From positions 5,568,001-5,632,000 of the forward strand of contig OZ244960.1 in the NCBI GenBank assembly GCA_965222605.1: a DNA stretch of 64,000 nt, in the 5' to 3' direction. Made by a program: the position numbers and the translations under genes. Of the stretch, positions 58,085 through 64,000 are shown piece by piece. The DNA comes from Candidatus Latescibacterota bacterium (GTDB lineage Bacteria > Latescibacterota > UBA2968). The notes under the pieces were generated by a model. The model was not told the DNA's origin. It was given only the letters and a program-made list of their open reading frames with translations, and made no database searches. Each line of letters opens with the position of its first letter. The stretch's first letter is position 1.

Positions 58085-59155
58085 ATGTCTGACAAAAAGC
58101 GAATTTTGACAGGTGATCGGCCCACGGGGCGTTTGCATCTGGGGCACTATGTCGGGTCTTTGAAAAACCGCGTGGCCTTGCAAGATGATTACGAGTGCTA
58201 TTTTTTAGTGGCCGACCTGCACATGTTGACCACGCAGCCCCAAAAAGAATACATCGATGCACTGCGTGAAAATATCTATGAGATGGTATTGGACTATTTG
58301 TCTGTAGGCATAGATCCAAAAAAATCAACCATTTACCTTCAATCAACCATTCACGCTGTGTACGAGATGAATCTGTTTTTTGAGATGCTCGTGACACTGC
58401 CCCGCGTGGCGCGGTTGCCCAGTGTGAAAGATATGGCACGTGCGGCGAATATGACAGATGAGGCAATTCCATTTGGCCTGATTGGGTATCCCGTGCTTCA
58501 AAGTGCCGATATTTTGATGCCGCGCGCACATGTTGTGCCGGTGGGAAAAGACAATGAGGCACACGTTGAAGTGACGCGAGAAATTGCGCGTCGGTTCAAC
58601 GCGTATTACGGCGATGTATTTCCCATTCCCGAACTCCTCATGGGCGATGTGCCTACTCTGGTGGGGACTGATGGACAGGCCAAGATGAGCAAAAGTCTCG
58701 ACAATGCGATTTTTTTGTCTGACGATGAAAAGACGGTAGAAAAAAAAGTGCGCGGTATGTACACAGATCCCAGGCGCGTTCGCGCAGATATTCCGGGCAC
58801 TGTTGAAGGCAATCCCGTATTTGTCTATCACGATGCGTTTAATCCCAATATCGCTGAGGTTGAAGATCTCAAAATCCGCTATCGTCAGGGCTGCGTGGGC
58901 GATGTCGAAGTCAAAGATAAATTGGCCCGCGCGCTCAATGTGTTTCTCGATCCTATCCGCCAACGCCGAGCACATTTTGCGGCGCAGTCGGGTTATATCG
59001 AGCAAGTGATTTACGAAGGTACGCTCAAAACGCAAGTACTTGCACATGAAACGCTTTTGGCCATGAAAAAGGCGATGGGTTTTACCGGCGTATGGAATCG
59101 GATTTCTCGCAAAGCGCGAGATAGGATAAAAAAACAAGAGAAGGAGGCGCGATGA
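58085..59155 (+). CDS. trpS: Tryptophan--tRNA ligase
   Basis: HLGH, KMSKS. Confidence 0.96.
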   Translation: MSDKKRILTGDRPTGRLHLGHYVGSLKNRVALQDDYECYFLVADLHMLTTQPQKEYIDALRENIYEMVLDYLSVGIDPKKSTIYLQSTIHAVYEMNLFFEMLVTLPRVARLPSVKDMARAANMTDEAIPFGLIGYPVLQSADILMPRAHVVPVGKDNEAHVEVTREIARRFNAYYGDVFPIPELLMGDVPTLVGTDGQAKMSKSLDNAIFLSDDEKTVEKKVRGMYTDPRRVRADIPGTVEGNPVFVYHDAFNPNIAEVEDLKIRYRQGCVGDVEVKDKLARALNVFLDPIRQRRAHFAAQSGYIEQVIYEGTLKTQVLAHETLLAMKKAMGFTGVWNRISRKARDRIKKQEKEAR

Positions 59156-59955
59156 TTGCATCCAATTTAACGGCTCGATTCGATCCGGATGCCGCGCCTT
59201 ATGGCGTAAAGCTCGATTTGTTTGAAGGCCCGCTGGATCTGTTGCTCTTTCTCATTCAAAAAAACGAGATAGATATCTACGATATTCCCATCGCCGATAT
59301 TACGCGGCAATTTTTAGAATACGTCGAGATCATCCAGCGATTAAACTTAGAGGTCGCTGGCGATTTTGTCGTGATGGCCGCCACATTGATGCGTATCAAA
59401 TCGCGCATGTTATTGCCCTCTGATCCAGAGGCTGAGGAGGAAGAAGGAGATCCGCGCGAGGAATTGGTGCGCCGCTTATTGGAATACCAGCAATTCAGAG
59501 AAGTAGCCACGTGGATGGACGATCAGCAGACGGAGTACCGCGATGTTTTTTATCGGGGTGCTTCGATGGATTTGGAAGATATTCGAAAGCAACGCGCGGC
59601 CGAAGCCGGGGAATTTCGTCCCGTGAGCCTGTTCGAATTGCTCCGCGCCTTTAAGCAAGCAATGGATGCTGCACCAAAAGTCGATTTTCACGAGGTGACG
59701 CGGGTCGATGTGACCACAGAGGAGCGCGCCGAATACGTGCTCGATATACTTGAGCGGCGGCATCAGGTTCCATTTAGTGAACTGATTGCCAGTACACATC
59801 GCATTGTTGTTGTGGTGACATTTGTCGCGTTGCTGGAATTGATGAAAGAAGGAAAAGTTCGCGTTCAACAAGCCGATATCGATGGGGAACTCTGGGTTTA
59901 TCGCCGCGATGTTTTAGACACGGCGTCTTTTGAGGAGACCATAACCGATGTCTGA
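59152..59955 (+). CDS. scpA: Segregation/condensation protein A
   Basis: [17 protein letters not shown]. Confidence 0.95.
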   Translation: MIASNLTARFDPDAAPYGVKLDLFEGPLDLLLFLIQKNEIDIYDIPIADITRQFLEYVEIIQRLNLEVAGDFVVMAATLMRIKSRMLLPSDPEAEEEEGDPREELVRRLLEYQQFREVATWMDDQQTEYRDVFYRGASMDLEDIRKQRAAEAGEFRPVSLFELLRAFKQAMDAAPKVDFHEVTRVDVTTEERAEYVLDILERRHQVPFSELIASTHRIVVVVTFVALLELMKEGKVRVQQADIDGELWVYRRDVLDTASFEETITDV

Positions 59956-60688
59956 AAGAGATGACGCGCGCGTCGCAAATTTGGCTACCGATGAAGATGC
60001 ACGCAACAAAGGCGTGGTTGAAGCGTTGTTGATTGCAGCCGATGACCCTCTGGGAGCATTGCGCCTGTCATCGGTTTTGGGACAGCATACTGGCGCAAAA
60101 GAAATTCGCGCTTATGTCAATGATCTCAATGAAGAATACGCACAGACGGGGCGCAGTTTCAGGGTTGTCGAAGTCGCGGGTGGCTTTCAATTGGCTGTAC
60201 ACAGCGAATTTGCGCCCTGGATTCGGCAACTGATGCGCGAGAAAGTCGCGCCTCGGCTTTCTCAGGCTTCCCTGGAAACCCTCGCCATTCTGGCTTTTAA
60301 GCAGCCGATTACCAAAGCAGAGGTCGAGCATATTCGCGGTGTGTCTGTCGATGGCGTTTTGCGGCAATTGATGGAAAAAGGGCTGATCCGCATTTCCGGT
60401 CGGTCAGATGCGCCTGGGCGGCCCTTGTTATACGGCACGACACGCGATTTTTTAAAGCATTTTGGCCTCAAGACCCTGTCTGATCTGCCCAGGATTCGCG
60501 AGTTGGAAGAATTGCTCCGAGAAGAGGAGCAACGGGTGGCCGAAGGCAAAGACAGCCCGTTATCGGGCGTGATCAATACTGATGGGGAAAGCGAACGGGA
60601 TACCCATGACAGAGCGCCTGAACCGGTTTCTGGCTCGCGCGGGGGTGGCTTCGCGGCGGGCGAGCGAGCGGTTGATTCAAACGGGTAG
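59948..60688 (+). CDS. scpB: SMC-Scp complex subunit ScpB
   Basis: LETLAI..KQPIT, GRPLLYGTT. Confidence 0.95.
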   Translation: MSERDDARVANLATDEDARNKGVVEALLIAADDPLGALRLSSVLGQHTGAKEIRAYVNDLNEEYAQTGRSFRVVEVAGGFQLAVHSEFAPWIRQLMREKVAPRLSQASLETLAILAFKQPITKAEVEHIRGVSVDGVLRQLMEKGLIRISGRSDAPGRPLLYGTTRDFLKHFGLKTLSDLPRIRELEELLREEEQRVAEGKDSPLSGVINTDGESERDTHDRAPEPVSGSRGGGFAAGERAVDSNG

Positions 60689-61340
60689 CGTTAAAATAAA
60701 TGGCGCTGTTGTGACACATCCGGGGACGCGATTAAACCCGCGTAGCGATCGGGTATGTGTCAATGGCCAGGCGATCCAATCGGTTGATCGACAAACTTAT
60801 ATTTTATTACACAAACCCCCGGGATATCTGGTATCGGCGCGCGACCCGCATCATGCCCAAACAATTTACAAATTGTTGCGCGGCATTGATGCTCGGGTTT
60901 TTCCCGTCGGACGGCTCGATCTGGATACGCGAGGGGTTTTGTTGTTGATGGATGATGGCGATTTGGCATTTCGGTTGACCCATCCGCGGTATGGCGTAAA
61001 AAAAGTCTATTGCGCCTGGGTGAGCGGGCATCCCGGTGAGGCGGTATTGACAGGACTGCGAGAGGGAATGAAGCTCAGCGATGGCGTCACTGCCCCTGCA
61101 CATATTCGGGTAATGTGCGCAAGAGGTGGGGACACAGAGTTGGAATTGGTGCTTCACGAGGGGCGGAAAAGACAAGTGAAGCGAATGTGCGAAGCAGCAG
61201 GACATCGGGTGCAATCTTTGACACGCACGCATTTTGCCGGTCTCACAACGCGACATCTCAAGTTAGGCCAATGGCGGCATCTGACACAAGTAGAAGTAAA
61301 GAGGCTTCGGGAACTGGTCGGGCTGAACCATGAACAATGA
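60606..61340 (+). CDS. rluB: rRNA pseudouridine synthase (RluB/RsuA family)
   Basis: S4 domain SRR, GRLD, EGRKRQVKRM. Confidence 0.85.
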   Translation: MTERLNRFLARAGVASRRASERLIQTGSVKINGAVVTHPGTRLNPRSDRVCVNGQAIQSVDRQTYILLHKPPGYLVSARDPHHAQTIYKLLRGIDARVFPVGRLDLDTRGVLLLMDDGDLAFRLTHPRYGVKKVYCAWVSGHPGEAVLTGLREGMKLSDGVTAPAHIRVMCARGGDTELELVLHEGRKRQVKRMCEAAGHRVQSLTRTHFAGLTTRHLKLGQWRHLTQVEVKRLRELVGLNHEQ

Positions 61341-62031
61341 GCAATTTATGCGCGAAAATGGGATTGTCGTTGCGATTGATGGCCCGGCAGGTGCCGGCAA
61401 GAGCACGACTGCGCGGCTTGTTGCAAAGCAAATGAGGTACCTCTATCTGGATACCGGGGCCATGTATCGCGCTGTGGGCCTGGCAGCTTTGCAACAGGGC
61501 GTTGATCCCGATGATGCCGATGACGTGACTGAATTGTGTAGCTCGCTCAATATCGCATTTGAAACGCGAGAAGGACAGTTGCAAACCCTGCTTAATGAAA
61601 AAAATATATCCGGTGCGATTCGCTCATCTGAAATTTCGCAGGCTGCGTCTCGCGTAGCTGTCCATCCGGGGGTGCGCGATGTGCTCATTGAATTACAGCG
61701 GGCCATGGGACGGGATGGAGGTATTGTTTTAGAGGGTCGAGACACTGGTACTGCTATTTTTCCAGATGCGGAATTGAAAATTTTTCTCGTTGCCGATCCC
61801 GCCGAACGCGCGCGGCGACGGCTCAGAGACCTCGAAAAAAGGGGCGAATCCGCCAAATTTGAGTCGCTGTTGGACGAAATTCGCATTCGGGATATCCGCG
61901 ACCGGGAGACGCAGTTACGGCGCGGCGCGTGGCCCGCACCTGATGCCGTATGTATAGATACCACGGAATTGTCAATAGCAGAACAAGTAGATCGGATTGT
62001 GGCACTTGCCCATCAGCAAAATAGGGCGTGA
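61330..62031 (+). CDS. cmk: Cytidylate kinase
   Basis: IDGPAGAGKST, DTGAMYR, EGRD. Confidence 0.95.
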   Translation: MNNEQFMRENGIVVAIDGPAGAGKSTTARLVAKQMRYLYLDTGAMYRAVGLAALQQGVDPDDADDVTELCSSLNIAFETREGQLQTLLNEKNISGAIRSSEISQAASRVAVHPGVRDVLIELQRAMGRDGGIVLEGRDTGTAIFPDAELKIFLVADPAERARRRLRDLEKRGESAKFESLLDEIRIRDIRDRETQLRRGAWPAPDAVCIDTTELSIAEQVDRIVALAHQQNRA

Positions 62032-62696
62032 ATGATAAATGGATGATATCGATGACATTTTATCGCTTTTGTTGGTGGCTGGCCTACGGGCTGGCCGTTG
62101 TTCTCTTTCGGTTACGGGTCGAAGGTCGGCGTCATATACCCCAGTCGGGTGCTTTAATTTTCGCTGCTAATCATTGTTCTTACGTCGATCCCATTATTAT
62201 TGGAGTTGCGGCAGGACGCGAACTTTGGTATCTTGCTAAGGCTGAACTATTTCCTATTCCGTTGCTGGGAAAGTTGATTCACAGGTTGCACGCGATGCCC
62301 GTTGATAGAAGCCGTGGAGACCGCAGCGCATTTTTGGCCTGGACAAAAACTTTGCAGGCAGGTAATCCCGTGCTCATCTTTCCAGAAGGCACGCGCAATA
62401 AGTGCCCCGGTTTCCTGCGCCCCCGAGCAGGGGTTGGCATGCTGGTTTATCGCACTCAGGCACCTGTGATACCCGTATATCTTTCGGGCACAGTCAATAT
62501 CTGGAAAACGATGGTTGGGTTGGAGCGGTTGCAGGTGCGGTTTGGCGAGCCCATTTTTAGTTGTCCAGAACAATTGTCCGATAGGCGACGCGACGCCTAC
62601 AATTTTATTACTCATGAGGTGATGCGTCATCTCGCGGTTCTCAAGCGAATGCGGCGGAAAGCCGGCACGGTCGCACCCGCTTCCCACAATGGTTAA
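62028..62696 (+). CDS. plsC: 1-acyl-sn-glycerol-3-phosphate acyltransferase
   Basis: NHCSYVD, FPEGTR. Confidence 0.9.
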   Translation: MNDKWMISMTFYRFCWWLAYGLAVVLFRLRVEGRRHIPQSGALIFAANHCSYVDPIIIGVAAGRELWYLAKAELFPIPLLGKLIHRLHAMPVDRSRGDRSAFLAWTKTLQAGNPVLIFPEGTRNKCPGFLRPRAGVGMLVYRTQAPVIPVYLSGTVNIWKTMVGLERLQVRFGEPIFSCPEQLSDRRRDAYNFITHEVMRHLAVLKRMRRKAGTVAPASHNG

Positions 62697-62787
62697 CGAT
62701 AAGGTGTCGGCAGGGTTTGAGCGACGTTGTTCGTCGTTCTTTTTTAATGTTTTGCGCGATTTTTTAGCGTGAAAGGAATTATTTAGT

Positions 62788-64000
62788 ATGGCCGTTAATA
62801 CCCTTCCCAAACCCACCCCTGAAGAAGCACTGGCCGCGCTGGATGAAAGCGAATATAGCGAGGCAGAATTTAATGAAATGATGGAGCTCTACGAGGAGAC
62901 GTTAGAGACCATTAAGCAGGGCGAAATTGTTATGGGCACTGTGAGGTCCATCCACGACGGAATCGTAGTGGTAGATATTGGTTTCAAGTCTGAAGGCGCG
63001 ATTCCTCTCTCTGAGTTTGGCGATCCGCCAGCTATAGAAGAAGGCGATGAAATCGAGGTTTTTTTAGAGAGCATTGAGGATCAAGAAGGCCAGGTGGTGC
63101 TGTCCAAGACCAAAGCTGACTTTATGCGTGTGTGGGATCGCATTAAGGACGCGTATGACAGTGATCAGATTGTTGAGGGGCGTTTGATGAGGCGAATCAA
63201 GGGTGGCATTGTGGTCGATCTTTTCGGCGTCGATGCTTTCTTGCCAGGCTCTCAAATTGACATCAAACAGGTCAAAAATTTTGATCAATTTCTCGGCAAT
63301 GTGTACCCGTTTCGTATTATCAAGCTCAACAAGAATCGCCGAAATATTGTCATTTCTCGCCGTGTCGTTCTCGAAGAAGAACGCTCCAGGCTGCGCAAAC
63401 AGATTCTCGCCACATTGGAAGTGGGGCAAGTGCGTCAGGGGTCGGTCAAAAATATCACCGATTTTGGCGCATTTATCGATCTGGGCGGCTTAGACGGGTT
63501 GTTGCATATTACGGATATTGCCTGGGGGCGCGTTGGACATCCATCAGAAGTCTTGTCCATCGGTGAAGAAGTAGAAGTTAAGGTGCTCAATTACGATGAA
63601 AAACGCGAGCGTATTTCGCTGGGTATGAAGCAATTACAAGACCATCCCTGGAAAGGTGTCGAGGAAAAATATCCGGTTGATAGCAAGGTGATAGGCAAAG
63701 TTGTCAGCATTACGGATTATGGGGCTTTTGTCGAGTTGGAGCAGGGTGTCGAAGGGTTGGTACACATTTCTGAAATGTCGTGGACGCAGCATATTCGCCA
63801 TCCTTCCAAGCTGGTCTCCATCAGCGATGAAGTTGAGGTTATGGTCCTGCGGGTTGATCAGGAAGGTCAAAAAATTTCTTTGGGTCTCAAGCAGGTGCAG
63901 CCCGATCCCTGGGAAGATCTCGACCAAAAATATCCCTCAGGAACACCTCTTCGAGGCACTGTGCGCAATTTGACCAATTTTGGGGCCTTTGTCGAAATCG
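62788..64000 (+). CDS. rpsA: 30S ribosomal protein S1 (truncated by the window)
   Basis: DIGFKSEG, FLPGSQID, repeated TDFGAF S1 domains. Confidence 0.95.
   Translation, partial: MAVNTLPKPTPEEALAALDESEYSEAEFNEMMELYEETLETIKQGEIVMGTVRSIHDGIVVVDIGFKSEGAIPLSEFGDPPAIEEGDEIEVFLESIEDQEGQVVLSKTKADFMRVWDRIKDAYDSDQIVEGRLMRRIKGGIVVDLFGVDAFLPGSQIDIKQVKNFDQFLGNVYPFRIIKLNKNRRNIVISRRVVLEEERSRLRKQILATLEVGQVRQGSVKNITDFGAFIDLGGLDGLLHITDIAWGRVGHPSEVLSIGEEVEVKVLNYDEKRERISLGMKQLQDHPWKGVEEKYPVDSKVIGKVVSITDYGAFVELEQGVEGLVHISEMSWTQHIRHPSKLVSISDEVEVMVLRVDQEGQKISLGLKQVQPDPWEDLDQKYPSGTPLRGTVRNLTNFGAFVEI

Noticed and set aside
58343-59161. Long antisense ORFs (e.g. 58343-59161, 42958-43728, 41328-42065, 34267-34998)
   Set aside because: Shadow frames of well-conserved genes on the opposite strand with no recognisable motifs

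Overview
The window has two distinct halves. (1) About 1-26,050 is a decaying integron-type gene-cassette array on the minus strand. It has seven near-complete attC-like sites (RYYYAAC...GTTRRRY imperfect palindromes) plus short candidates and half-sites, co-oriented accessory genes (GNAT, NUDIX, methyltransferases, three histidine-phosphatase copies, GrpB, two toxin-antitoxin pairs, sialidase, GH4 glycosidase, PhyH dioxygenase, ABC permease), three IS elements (one nested) and many deletion-fused gene fragments. No intact integrase is present, only a short fragment of a tyrosine recombinase that appears to lack the IntI-specific insertion. (2) About 26,100-64,000 is core chromosome (ispH, rplM-rpsI-rpsB-tsf-frr without pyrH, aroC, mutY, rdgB, rph, smpB, mnmG, bioB, efp, accBC, gcvH, trpS, scpAB, rluB, cmk, plsC, rpsA). 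It also contains a YWTD-repeat protein, a candidate structured ncRNA upstream of rplM, internally deleted pseudogenes and an AlbA/HATPase gene with SSEK tandem repeats. Gene content suggests a Latescibacterota/Gemmatimonadota/Poribacteria-like bacterium (inference only). Product calls come from motif recognition, not database searches.
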